A stretch of 51,292 nucleotides of DNA, taken from NCBI GenBank assembly GCA_965662845.1, contig CBFIJD010000002.1, forward strand, positions 1 through 51,292. The letters are read 5' to 3'. The notes beneath the pieces are model-generated. The model was not told the DNA's origin and made no database searches. It worked only from the letters and a program-made list of their open reading frames with translations. The translations under genes were made by a program, and so were the position numbers. This document shows positions 18,221 to 28,412 of the stretch, piece after piece. The stretch's first letter is position 1; every line of letters starts with the position of its first letter. Source of the DNA: an uncultured bacterium. Its GTDB lineage: Bacteria > SAR324 > NAC60-12.

Positions 18221-19702
18221 TTGTCCAACAAACCGCTCCTGTCCGCTCATTCCTCTTATCGTCTCCTCGCGCTGAGCTACGGCATCGTGTGTCATGCTTC
18301 CTTTGTTTTAGGCGTCGGCAGCATGATGCTTGGGATGTACTATGGGCTCACGCTCGGGCTCGGGACGCTCTCTACGCCGTGGAGTTGGTTGGTCAACTTG
18401 GGGTTGATCTTCCAGTTCCCGCTGGCGCACTCGCTCTTGCTGACTGCTCGTGGACGTCGTTTTCTCAGCGGCCTCGCTCCGCAGGCGGTGGGGCGCGACC
18501 TGACGACCACCACGTACGCGACGGTTGCCTCGTGGCAGCTGCTGTTGCTGTTCTGGGGTTGGACGCCGAGCGGCTTGGTCTGGTGGGAAGCCAGCGGTGT
18601 GGCGGAGGTGGGGCTGACGGCGCTTTATGTCAGCGCGTGGTTGTTGCTGGGGAGCGCGATGCTCACGGCCGGCATTCAGTTACAGACCGGTCTGCTTGGC
18701 TGGTGGGCGGTGTTTCGACAACGGCGCCCCCGCTATCCGTCCATGCCCACAACGGGGTTGTTTCGTCTCACGCGCCAGCCGATCTACGTCACGTTTGCGC
18801 TCACGCTCTGGACGGTCCCGACATGGACGCCCGATCAGCTCTTGCTCGCTGTGCTGTGGACGGGCTACTGTGTCCTCGCGCCTCTGCACAAGGAACAACG
18901 CTTCACTCACCTCTTTGGCGACGCCTTCCGCGAGTACCAACAACAAGTGCCGTACTGGCTCCCGCAGTGGTCGAACCTCTCACATCTCTTTACTCAACAG
19001 GATATGCAACGTAACGACTGCTCCATCTACGAGACACACGGCGCGGAGTGGTGGCGTGGTTCCCAGCGTTTTTTGCGCACCTTGCAGAGCCTCGTCCCCC
19101 CGCGCATGCGCTTTTTCTCGCAGTTTGTGGATTGGCAGGGCAAGACCGTGCTGGATCTCGGCTGTGGCGGAGGTTTTATGAGTGAAGAGCTGGCGCGCCG
19201 AGGCGCGACGGTGATCGGGGTGGACCCTGCCGCCGCCGCCCTACAAGCTGCGCGCGAGCATGCGCAGCAGTCCAAGCAGTCGATCGACTATCGCCACGGG
19301 GCCGGCGAGTCGCTGCCGTTAGAGGCGGCTTCTGTGGATCTGGTCGTCTGTGTGGATGTGCTGGAGCATGTGACCGATTTGCCGCGCACTTTGGATGAGA
19401 TTCGGCGCGTGCTACGTCCGGGGGGCTCCTTCTGCTTTGACACCATCAACCGCAACTGGCTGGCGTCCTTGGTGATTGTGCGTCTGGGGGAAGACGTGTT
19501 GCGCTTGCTGCCGCGTGGAACGCACGACCCAGAGCTGTTCATCAAACCGCAAGAGCTGCGCAGCTTACTGCAAGAGCGCGGCTTTGTGTGTCAGCCCTTC
19601 ACAGGGCTTGGACCATGCGGCGTGAACCGTCACGGCGAGCTTAGGTTTGGCGCGTTGCCTAGCACGTTGCTGATGTACATGGGCGTGGCAACCCTCACTT
19701 GA
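18221..19702 (+). CDS. Fusion: MddA/NnrU/ICMT-like membrane methyltransferase plus UbiG-like SAM methyltransferase
   Basis: One 493-aa ORF (TTG start). About aa 1-250 is multi-TM with AHSLL, TTYATVAS, GLFRLTRQPIY, FREYQQQVPYWLP; from about aa 262: VLDLGCGGG, VCVDVLEHV, DTINRN, LPRGTHDPELFIKPQEL. Confidence 0.8.
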   Translation: MSNKPLLSAHSSYRLLALSYGIVCHASFVLGVGSMMLGMYYGLTLGLGTLSTPWSWLVNLGLIFQFPLAHSLLLTARGRRFLSGLAPQAVGRDLTTTTYATVASWQLLLLFWGWTPSGLVWWEASGVAEVGLTALYVSAWLLLGSAMLTAGIQLQTGLLGWWAVFRQRRPRYPSMPTTGLFRLTRQPIYVTFALTLWTVPTWTPDQLLLAVLWTGYCVLAPLHKEQRFTHLFGDAFREYQQQVPYWLPQWSNLSHLFTQQDMQRNDCSIYETHGAEWWRGSQRFLRTLQSLVPPRMRFFSQFVDWQGKTVLDLGCGGGFMSEELARRGATVIGVDPAAAALQAAREHAQQSKQSIDYRHGAGESLPLEAASVDLVVCVDVLEHVTDLPRTLDEIRRVLRPGGSFCFDTINRNWLASLVIVRLGEDVLRLLPRGTHDPELFIKPQELRSLLQERGFVCQPFTGLGPCGVNRHGELRFGALPSTLLMYMGVATLT

Positions 19703-20225
19703 GCAGCAGCTCGTGCGGGTTGAGGTAGTAGATTTTGCGCCAGCCTTGCGGCGCGAACGGATCCAAGCGCCATAGATAGGGGATGATCGTGCGCACTTCA
19801 TAGTGCACATGAGCAGGCCGGTTACGTGCGTTCCCAGTGTTCCCCACCGTCCCGATTTTCTCGCCTGGAAAAACAAACTCGCCCTTGTCTGCGTCGACGC
19901 TCTGCAGGTGCGAAAAGTAGTGATAGCGCAGCCGGCTGTCGATCATCTGCACAAAGTTCCCACCGAGCCGATTTCGGCCTGTAGCGGTCACTCTGCCAAA
20001 CAGCGGCGCAATGACGGGAGTCCCCGACGCTGCGAAGATGTCGATGCCGCGGTGCACCCCCGAGGCGCCCCAGGGATGGTGCCAAAAGGTGTCATGGTTC
20101 CAGTCGGCAGAAGTTGCGTCTTCTACAGGAATCTTTGGATTCCAACCACCGAACCACGAGGCACTACCCAAGAGCGTCAGCAGCGCCAACAGACGCCATA
20201 AGAGCCACCGAAATAAACGTCGCAT
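19695..20225 (-). CDS. M23 family metallopeptidase
   Basis: HRGIDIFA, YFSHL, GTVGNTGNA..PAHVHYE. Confidence 0.9.
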   Translation of the reverse strand: MRRLFRWLLWRLLALLTLLGSASWFGGWNPKIPVEDATSADWNHDTFWHHPWGASGVHRGIDIFAASGTPVIAPLFGRVTATGRNRLGGNFVQMIDSRLRYHYFSHLQSVDADKGEFVFPGEKIGTVGNTGNARNRPAHVHYEVRTIIPYLWRLDPFAPQGWRKIYYLNPHELLLK

Positions 20226-21590
20226 TTACTCCACGAAGCGAGATGGAACCGCAGTTTCTTGCCACACACGCATCCAAATTCCTGTGCGCCAAGCGCGCTG
20301 TTCGGGTTCTTGCCAACATGAGCTTGCCGACCAACTCGGCGCGATCCACAACACGTCGGGCCCGTCACACAACAACGGCAACCGATCCCGTTGCTCAGGG
20401 GGCACACGCTGATCGCGCAAGAAGTCTTTCAGTTTGACCGAGTGTGGTTTCCAAGGTGGATGAAACCGGTCTCCATCGCGGCGAAAGCGCAGCGTCAACG
20501 GGGACTCTGGTGCCAATGGCGGGAACCAAACGGCTTCGGGATGAGGAGCTGTCGCACAATCCGTCCAGCAGCGCAGACGCAGATCCGCCTCGCAGCGCAC
20601 CATCACTCCAGCGCAAGGGAGCTTCACGATGACGTCGCTCACCACCGCTGGACACGAGAGTTGACCATGCGCGGCGAACACCGTCACATGGCCACCGAGC
20701 TCTAGCTGCCACGCGTCTGCCGGCTTCGTGCGCAGCTGCCTCGTGAGTCGTTCGATCTGCAAAAAATCGACGCTGCGCCCCGTCCAACCTTGCAACCAAT
20801 GATGCAACACATCCCAGCACAGGAAATCATCTAGGGCAATCAGCTCCGCAATGCGCAGCGTGTTCTGGGTCTTGAGGTTGGGAAAGCGCCGCTGATGTTC
20901 GGCTGCGAGGTGCCGCTGCAAGGCCAAACTTTGACGTGACAGCTCCTCAAAGCGGCGTGATAACGGGCCATTCGTCACTTGTTGCAGACGAGGGATCACC
21001 TCTAGGCGCAAAAAGTTACGCGTGTAGTCAGGCTGCTGATTGGAAGCGTCCTCGACCCACGAACGCTGGTGCGTCTGTAAGTAGCTCACTAGCTCCGCCT
21101 TCGAGACGGTCAGCAGCGGGCGGAACCAAGTCCCATCGAACTCACGGATCCCTTGCAAGTTCGAGAGATGTGTCCCCCGCAGCAGCTTCATCAGCTGCGT
21201 CTCCAGCTGATCATCGGAGTGGTGCGCTGTGACGATGACATCGAGTTGCAGCAGCGTTTGGAGATGCGTCGCTTCTGCGCGCCGCCACTGTCGCGCTGCG
21301 GCTTGCGTTCCCGCCGTCCGTTGGGCGAGCTGGTGGTTCTGACGAAGATGAAACGGGAACAGAAGAGACTGCGCTTGCTGACGGACGAACTCCGCTTCTC
21401 GCGCCGCTTCGGGGCGGAGTCCGTGGTGAAAATGGAGGACGTGCGTGCGGGCAGGGGACGCAGAGATTTCGGCGAAGAGGTGCAGCAGGGCGGTGGAGTC
21501 GGAGCCGCCGCTGACGCAGAGCAGACACTTCGCGTCGCGCAGGTGATGTTGGGCAAGGCGCTGGGCGAGGTGTTGCGCGAGCGGGGACAT
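20226..21590 (-). CDS. tilS: tRNA(Ile)-lysidine synthetase
   Basis: VSGGSDSTALL, HHGLR, TAHHSDDQLET, RPLL, EDASN, RNFLR; C-terminal KLKDFLRDQRVP. Confidence 0.95.
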   Translation of the reverse strand: MSPLAQHLAQRLAQHHLRDAKCLLCVSGGSDSTALLHLFAEISASPARTHVLHFHHGLRPEAAREAEFVRQQAQSLLFPFHLRQNHQLAQRTAGTQAAARQWRRAEATHLQTLLQLDVIVTAHHSDDQLETQLMKLLRGTHLSNLQGIREFDGTWFRPLLTVSKAELVSYLQTHQRSWVEDASNQQPDYTRNFLRLEVIPRLQQVTNGPLSRRFEELSRQSLALQRHLAAEHQRRFPNLKTQNTLRIAELIALDDFLCWDVLHHWLQGWTGRSVDFLQIERLTRQLRTKPADAWQLELGGHVTVFAAHGQLSCPAVVSDVIVKLPCAGVMVRCEADLRLRCWTDCATAPHPEAVWFPPLAPESPLTLRFRRDGDRFHPPWKPHSVKLKDFLRDQRVPPEQRDRLPLLCDGPDVLWIAPSWSASSCWQEPEQRAWRTGIWMRVWQETAVPSRFVE

Positions 21591-21591
21591 T

Positions 21592-22302
21592 TCAGCGGAG
21601 TTGAGCTTCTAGGGCACGAGCGGCTTTTTCGGCCATGGGGTGGTCGGGATATTCTTCGATGAGCGCTTTCCAGACAGTGAACTGGCGGGTGTTGTCGCGC
21701 ATGTCATAGAACGCTTGTCCGAGAGAGAACATCGCGGCAGGGAGATGCTGACTGGCAGGGTGAGTGCGGATGAGTGTGCTGAGGTGCGAGGCCGCCTGTT
21801 CGGGATAACCGGCTTGCAGGAAGCCGTTGCCCAGCACCATCAGCAGGTCATCTTTGCGATAATCGGATTTGCTAGTGAGCAGCGGTTGCAGGTGATCCAC
21901 GGCGCGATTGACGTCGCCAGACTGCAAGGCGAGCAAGCCGATGACTAGAGGTTCGCTGTCGCTGCGGTCTGCAGAAGTTGATTGCTCTCGCTTTTGTTGC
22001 AGCTCCGTGAGTTGGTCTTGTAGCACCAAAACAGTGCGCTCCAGCGTCTGTAAATCTCTTCTCATGGCGTCAATGTCTTCAGCGGTGAGCGACAGCCGTG
22101 AGAGTTCATTCTGACGCCGCGCTTGTTCTGCCGTGAGCTGTTGGATGCGCTGGAGCAGTTGGTCGTGACGCTGCAACGTTCCTTGCAGTTGAGTGACTTG
22201 ATCTTGGAGGTTTTGTAGCAGCTGCGCTTGTGCGGTCCCGTGGCAGAGAAGCAGGGTTCCGAGCAAGAGTAGGAGGTGTTGCAGTGTGTGACGCATGATC
22301 AT
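21592..22302 (-). CDS. cpoB: Tol-Pal-associated coiled-coil/TPR protein CpoB (YbgF)
   Basis: Signal peptide, coiled coil, TPR tail (AMFSLGQAF...LIEEYPDHPMAEKA); between tolB and tilS; start 22302 or 22296. Confidence 0.75.
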   Translation of the reverse strand: MIMRHTLQHLLLLLGTLLLCHGTAQAQLLQNLQDQVTQLQGTLQRHDQLLQRIQQLTAEQARRQNELSRLSLTAEDIDAMRRDLQTLERTVLVLQDQLTELQQKREQSTSADRSDSEPLVIGLLALQSGDVNRAVDHLQPLLTSKSDYRKDDLLMVLGNGFLQAGYPEQAASHLSTLIRTHPASQHLPAAMFSLGQAFYDMRDNTRQFTVWKALIEEYPDHPMAEKAARALEAQLR

Positions 22303-23558
22303 GGTTGAGTTGGGTTGCTCCACGCAGGAGCCGTCTCGATGACGTTGGCAGGATGAGTGGTCACGCGCACCATGCGTCCACCATAGGCCGACATATAGTA
22401 GAGCTTGGCAGTGCCTGTGCGTCGTGACGTGAAGACGATTTGTTGGCCGTTGGGAGCCCAGTCGGGCTGTTCGGAATGGAAAGGGCCAAAGGTTAATTGC
22501 TGCACCAGTCCGGTGTCGAGCGTAACTTTGAAGATTTGGAAAAAACGTTCCTTGAGAGCCTCCAGTAGCAAGTGTTTCCCGTCAGGAGACCATCGAGGTG
22601 CGCTAGCGTAGCGTCCCTCAATGGGCAGGCGTGTCGTGGTGCGCGTGGCGAGCTCATGAACATAGACGCCCGGCTGCCGGAAGCGTCGGCGGTCGGAGAC
22701 AAACGCGATGCGATCTCCTTGAGGCGACCAAACGGGAGACGTCTCTAAACTAGGCCACTGAATGACCGGAGTTAGGACGTTGCTGTCGAGGTGATAGCGG
22801 AAAATGTCAGAGTTTCCTTCTCGCATCAGCGTGAGCAAAATTTCGTTAGCGGTTGGATTCCAGCTGCCGCCTAACGGTTGGGCGCTGCCGGGAAACCGCA
22901 AGCGCTGTGGGCGAGGACGATCAAGCGGCTGAATGGCGATCTCGGTTGCCGTGGAAGTGAAGAGTGTGTAGAGCAGCCGCTGATTGTCAAATGACCAGTG
23001 CGGCAAATTGCTAGAACCTAGCTCAAAGCTGAAGCGTTGTGCGTTGCTGCCGTCAAAGTTCGTGACGTAAATCTGTTTGGTTTGATCTGGAAACTTCGCG
23101 GTGTAAGCGATCCGGCTTTGGCTGACTCCTGCAAGGTCCAGAACGGCGCGCAGGAGATCGTCACACAAGGACAGGGCAAGCGGGCGCAAGTTTTCAGTGT
23201 CTGCGGGGTAAGAGCGATCTGCAATGACGCGATCTTCTCGCACGTCTCGCAGCACACTGCGGGCTTCGGAGGCTTGTGGAAACTGGAGTGTCCACTGAAA
23301 AGAGAACGGATCTAGCAGGGAGTCGCTGCTGCGCGCGGGCGGCAGGGCTTGCGCGTCGAGTTCAAAGAAGAGCGTTTGTTCAAGGTTGCGTTCAAGCAGC
23401 TTGAAGAGGTCGCTAGTCGTGCGCGGAGGCAGGTTCTGTATCTCAACGGCGACGCGCAGAGGCCGAAAGCGAGGGTTGGTGACGTCAAAATACTCCAAGG
23501 CCGCCAGGTTGGGCGCAAGCCATCCCAATAAACACAGGAGCAGCAAAAGTGAGCGCAT
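22299..23558 (-). CDS. tolB: TolB beta-propeller protein
   Basis: Signal peptide MRSLLLLLCLL; SRIAY, repeated PD40 motifs (SPVWSPQG, APRWSPDG, QPDWAPNG, APAWS). Confidence 0.85.
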   Translation of the reverse strand: MRSLLLLLCLLGWLAPNLAALEYFDVTNPRFRPLRVAVEIQNLPPRTTSDLFKLLERNLEQTLFFELDAQALPPARSSDSLLDPFSFQWTLQFPQASEARSVLRDVREDRVIADRSYPADTENLRPLALSLCDDLLRAVLDLAGVSQSRIAYTAKFPDQTKQIYVTNFDGSNAQRFSFELGSSNLPHWSFDNQRLLYTLFTSTATEIAIQPLDRPRPQRLRFPGSAQPLGGSWNPTANEILLTLMREGNSDIFRYHLDSNVLTPVIQWPSLETSPVWSPQGDRIAFVSDRRRFRQPGVYVHELATRTTTRLPIEGRYASAPRWSPDGKHLLLEALKERFFQIFKVTLDTGLVQQLTFGPFHSEQPDWAPNGQQIVFTSRRTGTAKLYYMSAYGGRMVRVTTHPANVIETAPAWSNPTQP

Positions 23559-23568
23559 GGTGGACTGG

Positions 23569-24636
23569 TTAAAACTGAAACGATTGAGGGCTGAAGCGCA
23601 CGCCAAACTCGTAGGACGGTTCGGCATAGGAGTCTGGAAGCGGTGGCAGAAAACGCAGCTCGCGCAGCAAAGCAACCACCGAATCATCTAACGCTTTGTT
23701 GCCAGAGAGCCCCTCAACGCGATAGCTGAGGATCTTGCCTGACGGTTGAATTTTGAAGCGTACCACAGTTGTTAAATCGCTGCCGACCAAGTGGAAGGGG
23801 ACTTGCCACAGCGCGACGATGAAGCGGTTGATTTGCTCAGAGTAATCTTGCGCTTCGGCTTGGGAGAGAGCGGCTTGGGGCGGGCCGAGCGCGCTGCTGG
23901 GGATGGTCGTGGGAGCGCCGACGGGGACCAAGTCGATGCCCTCTAGCATTTGCAGCAGCTCGCTGTTTGGTGGGAGCGGCTTGACAGGCTGAGGGGGGGC
24001 TTTCTGAGGGAGCCTCGCTGCGGCAGAGATGATGTTAGAGAGCGATTGGTTGTTCTCCAACAGCTGAGAGCCGCTCTGCGTGGAGCGAGGGGGAGGAACG
24101 GCGCGCGCTGGTGGGGGAGTGGCGGTTGACTGCTGGGTTGTGACCACATCGGGTGAGGGGAGCGCGGTTGGTTCTTCGGTGCTCTCGGTGGCAGCTACTT
24201 CCTCTTCCGATCGCTCTGCGGTTGTCTCTGTTTTCTCATCCGTTGGATTTTTGGCGGTCTCCGACGGGTTGGGGGCTTCTGTGACGGCGGGGGAAGGCGG
24301 CGCTTCCATCTCAGGAGCAGGGGCTTCAGCAGGCGTCTCAGGGATCGACTGGGCGATGGGTTCGGCAGGCGGTGACTCTGGAACGTCGGCAGGCTCCTCT
24401 TCGATTGCTGGGAACTCCTCGCGATCTGGGAGGGGTTGGGGGCGCGCCGTTGCGTCCGTATCCGGCTGAGGCGGGCGGTTTGGCTCTAGGTCGGCGAGCG
24501 AGACAAGTGAGATCATCTGCATGCGGTTGCGTCCCTCAGCTGGCTGGAGACCCAGCAATCCGAGGGCAATCGCAAGATGCAGGGCAAACGAAAACAGCAG
24601 CGGCCAGCGATTTTCTATCCACCAAGAACGCGACAT
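23569..24636 (-). CDS. TolA/TonB-like energy transducer
   Basis: TM with SFALH (SxxxH) motif, Pro/Glu-rich spacer, TonB_C-like end (SGNKALDDSV...PPLP). Confidence 0.8.
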   Translation of the reverse strand: MSRSWWIENRWPLLFSFALHLAIALGLLGLQPAEGRNRMQMISLVSLADLEPNRPPQPDTDATARPQPLPDREEFPAIEEEPADVPESPPAEPIAQSIPETPAEAPAPEMEAPPSPAVTEAPNPSETAKNPTDEKTETTAERSEEEVAATESTEEPTALPSPDVVTTQQSTATPPPARAVPPPRSTQSGSQLLENNQSLSNIISAAARLPQKAPPQPVKPLPPNSELLQMLEGIDLVPVGAPTTIPSSALGPPQAALSQAEAQDYSEQINRFIVALWQVPFHLVGSDLTTVVRFKIQPSGKILSYRVEGLSGNKALDDSVVALLRELRFLPPLPDSYAEPSYEFGVRFSPQSFQF

Positions 24637-24641
24637 GTCTG

Positions 24642-25460
24642 TTACCAAGAGAGACGAGAAGAGAGATTGTGGAAAAAGTAATTTGCGTCGAGGAAAATTA
24701 AGTTGGCTTGTCGGTCTGACTCACAGACGAGCACTTCGTCGTTCAAGGCAAGGGGAATCTTTTCAGAGCCGTCGGCCGCCAAAAAAACTTCGCTTTCGCG
24801 AGTTTCAGGGTGCACTACGAGGCGAATCTCCGAGTCGTGCGTAACCACCAGATGCCGTGAGCGAAAGTCATATTCGTTTAGACCGCTGACGATCATGCAG
24901 CGCAGCTCGGGCATGACGATGGGAGAGCCTGCGGCCATCAGATAGGCGGTGCTGCCGGTGGCGGTTCCAACAATGACGCCATCGCCCCGAATCCGTCGAA
25001 TGCTCTTGTTGTTGATGATCAATTCTACTGTGATCAGACGTGTGGCGCCTTTGATGACGATTTCGTTGACTGCGTGCAGCTCTCCATGTGGATGCTGGCA
25101 GTGAATCATCGAGCGAGGGCTGATGATGTAATCGCCTTCTAAGACGCGCTGAAGAGTGTTGTCTAATTCTTCGCGATTGCCTGCGGTGAGAAAGCCGACG
25201 TTGCCGTAGTTGATCGCGAGCACAGGGCAGCTGGAGTGGTGATTGAGAGCGTATAGCACGGTGCCGTCGCCGCCCACCGTGATGATCATGTCGAGTCCTT
25301 GTTGTTGCGGAGAATCCCAATCAAGTGGAACAATGCTAATGTTGTAGCGAGCAAACCATGCGACAAGATGATCGATTAAGCCTTGCTGTGTGCTAGGGTC
25401 ACTGAGAAAGAGTCCAACGTTTTGTAAGTGCAACGGGAAGGGTTGTCGCGGATGTATCAT
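24642..25460 (-). CDS. nadK: NAD(+) kinase
   Basis: VGGDGTVL, GNVGFL, AVNE, GDGVIVGTATGSTAY. Confidence 0.92.
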   Translation of the reverse strand: MIHPRQPFPLHLQNVGLFLSDPSTQQGLIDHLVAWFARYNISIVPLDWDSPQQQGLDMIITVGGDGTVLYALNHHSSCPVLAINYGNVGFLTAGNREELDNTLQRVLEGDYIISPRSMIHCQHPHGELHAVNEIVIKGATRLITVELIINNKSIRRIRGDGVIVGTATGSTAYLMAAGSPIVMPELRCMIVSGLNEYDFRSRHLVVTHDSEIRLVVHPETRESEVFLAADGSEKIPLALNDEVLVCESDRQANLIFLDANYFFHNLSSRLSW

Positions 25461-25697
25461 TCCGTATTTGCTCGTCGGAGAAAGAGAGTCAGAGGGTTAT
25501 ACGTGGATTCGCAAGACTCCATGTGCGAGGCTTGCACTTCCTCAGGAAGTGTGGAAGCATCAAACCTTAAAATCTGATGAATCGTCTTGCAATTTGTTAA
25601 AGTTAAAATCAGGCATCATGAAGCGGCCCAGAAAAAATCGCAAATCCAATTTGCATTGGCCGCTGGCAAGCCATAACGCTGTAGCGAGAGAGGATGT

Positions 25698-27500
25698 GTG
25701 AATCCAATGTTTCGTAGTTTGGGAATTTGGCTGGTGATCGGTCTCATCATGCTGCTGCTATTCAATATGATGGGCTCACGCACTAGCACTGAACAGCAGG
25801 TGCCCTTCTCTGAGTTCATGGATCAGGTCGAAGCTGGCTCTGTGCTGGAGGTAGTTGCGAAAGAGAACCATATCATCGGTATTACTGACACCAACACGCG
25901 CTTTCAAACGCAAATCCCCAACTACCCTGACTTGTATGCCAAGCTTCAGGAGAACAATGTGCGTGTACGCGTAGCGCCTCCGGAGCGCGGAAATTTGTTC
26001 ATGGCGATTTTAAATAGTTGGTTCCCGATGCTGTTGATCATTGGCATCTGGATCTTCTTTATGCGTCAAGTACAGGGCGGCGGAAATCGGGCTATGAGCT
26101 TTGGGAAAATCCGCACGCAAGTCACCGAGAAGAAAGACAACCCCATCACGTTCTCCGATGTCCAAGGCATTGACGAAGCGCGGGAAGAGCTGCAAGAGAT
26201 TGTCGATTTTCTCTCAGATCCAGAAAAATTTCAGAATCTTGGCGGGGAGATCCCACGCGGAGTTCTCTTGATGGGTGACCCCGGAACCGGAAAGACACTC
26301 CTCGCAAAAGCGATCGCAGGGGAAGCAGGGGTCCCCTTCTTCAGCATCAGCGGTTCTGACTTTGTGGAGATGTTTGTGGGCGTCGGCGCAAGCCGAGTTC
26401 GGGATTTGTTTGAGCAAGGCAAGAAGAACGCGCCCTGCATCATCTTCATAGATGAAATTGACGCCGTCGGCCGCGCTCGGGGTGCCGGACTGGGCGGTGG
26501 AAATGACGAAAGAGAGCAAACGCTCAATCAACTGCTTGTGGAGATGGACGGTTTTGCGCCGAATGAGGGAATCATCGTGATCGCAGCAACCAACCGCCCT
26601 GATGTGCTAGACCCGGCGCTGATGCGCCCCGGACGGTTCGATCGTCATGTGGTCGTCCCAGCGCCTGACCTGAAGGGGCGCGAGTCCATTCTGAAGGTGC
26701 ACACCAAACATATTGAGTTAGCGAGTGACGTCGACCTGCACTCCATTGCACGGGGAACTCCTGGTTTTACCGGAGCAGATCTCTCCAATTTGGCAAACGA
26801 AGCGGCGCTGTGGGCCGCGCGCAACAATAAGCCCGAAGTTGACAACAGCGACTTTGAGCACGCCAAAGATAAAGTGCTCATGGGCGCGGAGAGACGAAGC
26901 ATTCTGATTACCGACGATGAGAAGCGCACAACGGCCTATCACGAGGCTGGGCACGCGATTGTGGCTGCGGCGATCGAAGAGGTAGACCCTGTTCACAAAG
27001 TCACGATCATTCCGCGTGGGCGAGCCTTGGGAGTCACACAGCTGCTCCCAACGGAAGATCGACACAGCTACACCAAGCAAAAATTGGTGGGCCAATTAGC
27101 GATGATCATGGGGGGACGCGCAGCGGAGCATCTAATCTTTGACCGCTACACAACCGGTGCTTCCGATGATCTGAAGAAAGCCACTGATCTCGCACGGCGC
27201 ATGGTCTGCCAATGGGGAATGAGCGAAGAGATGGGGCCTCTGACGTATTCAGAAGAGCGCAACAATTTCTTGGGCCGCGATTCTGTGCAGAGCAAATGGT
27301 TCAGCAACGAATCCGTCAGAATGATTGATAACGAAGTGCGCACACTCCTGAACGCTTCTTATGAGCAAGCTTGCGAGATTCTTGTCAAAAATCGCAGCGC
27401 GCTCGATCAGTTGGCTGATCAATTGATTGAAGAAGAAACCATTGACGGAAACGCTGTCACCCAAGCCATTGAGCACACTCAACCCACCGCGATCAACTGA
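25698..27500 (+). CDS. ftsH: ATP-dependent zinc metalloprotease FtsH
   Basis: 2 [41 protein letters not shown] start after GAGG. Confidence 0.97.
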   Translation: MNPMFRSLGIWLVIGLIMLLLFNMMGSRTSTEQQVPFSEFMDQVEAGSVLEVVAKENHIIGITDTNTRFQTQIPNYPDLYAKLQENNVRVRVAPPERGNLFMAILNSWFPMLLIIGIWIFFMRQVQGGGNRAMSFGKIRTQVTEKKDNPITFSDVQGIDEAREELQEIVDFLSDPEKFQNLGGEIPRGVLLMGDPGTGKTLLAKAIAGEAGVPFFSISGSDFVEMFVGVGASRVRDLFEQGKKNAPCIIFIDEIDAVGRARGAGLGGGNDEREQTLNQLLVEMDGFAPNEGIIVIAATNRPDVLDPALMRPGRFDRHVVVPAPDLKGRESILKVHTKHIELASDVDLHSIARGTPGFTGADLSNLANEAALWAARNNKPEVDNSDFEHAKDKVLMGAERRSILITDDEKRTTAYHEAGHAIVAAAIEEVDPVHKVTIIPRGRALGVTQLLPTEDRHSYTKQKLVGQLAMIMGGRAAEHLIFDRYTTGASDDLKKATDLARRMVCQWGMSEEMGPLTYSEERNNFLGRDSVQSKWFSNESVRMIDNEVRTLLNASYEQACEILVKNRSALDQLADQLIEEETIDGNAVTQAIEHTQPTAIN

Positions 27501-27518
27501 CTCTCCTCACCTGAAAGC

Positions 27519-28397
27519 ATGGACCTAGCGAGCCTCTCTTATCTTCGATGGCAAGACCTGCTCGATGTGGCCCTGCTTTCTTTCCTCTTCTACCGCATCC
27601 TCGTCCTGATCAAAGGCACGCGCACGATCCCCATGCTCATGGGCATGTTTACGCTCATCGGGCTCTATGTGCTGTCTCGGTTGTTCCAGCTGGATGCGAC
27701 CGGGTTGCTAATGGACAATCTCGCCAACTCTCTGGTGCTTGTGCTGATCATTTTGTTCCAAGGAGACATTCGCAACGCGTTGGCCCAGTTTGGCCTGATT
27801 GCCCTCTTTCGCGACCAAAGTACGCAACAGCGTGATGTCGCTGAGCAGGTGCTGTCGGCCTGTCGTAAGATGGCAAAACGCAAGATTGGAGCGCTTGTTG
27901 TATTTGAACAGGAAGTGGGGCTGCGAAATTTCACCGACAGAGGAACCGTCATCAATGGCTCTGTGAGCGAGAGCTTATTGCTGTGCATCTTCCACCCGAC
28001 ATCTCCCTTGCATGATGGGGCTGTGGTCTTGAACACAAAGGGCGATCTCGTCGCTGCGAAGTGCATTCTGCCGGTTTCAAATAACCACAATTTGCCGGCG
28101 ATGCTCGGCACTCGACACCGGGCTGCGATTGGATTGAGCGAAGAGACAGACGCAATTGTGTTGGTTGTTTCCGAAGAACGCCGGGAGCTGAGCCTCAGTT
28201 ACAAAGGCCAACTGTTGCGGGATACGGAAGCGAAGGTGGAACAGGCCCTGCTGATGCTGCTCAGCGGTCGCTTCAATGAAGTGCAAGAGCTGATGAACGA
28301 ACACCAACAAACGTCCGCCGAAAGCGTTGATGAAACCGAGCCAATCTCTATCAGTCGTAGTGAAAAAACTGCTACTCCTCCCCCTCTTCCTAGCTGA
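27519..28397 (+). CDS. cdaA: Diadenylate cyclase CdaA (DacA)
   Basis: 3 N-terminal TM; LHDGAV and GTRHRAAIG catalytic motifs. Confidence 0.92.
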   Translation: MDLASLSYLRWQDLLDVALLSFLFYRILVLIKGTRTIPMLMGMFTLIGLYVLSRLFQLDATGLLMDNLANSLVLVLIILFQGDIRNALAQFGLIALFRDQSTQQRDVAEQVLSACRKMAKRKIGALVVFEQEVGLRNFTDRGTVINGSVSESLLLCIFHPTSPLHDGAVVLNTKGDLVAAKCILPVSNNHNLPAMLGTRHRAAIGLSEETDAIVLVVSEERRELSLSYKGQLLRDTEAKVEQALLMLLSGRFNEVQELMNEHQQTSAESVDETEPISISRSEKTATPPPLPS

Positions 28398-28412
28398 TGG
28401 GCTTCCTCTTCA

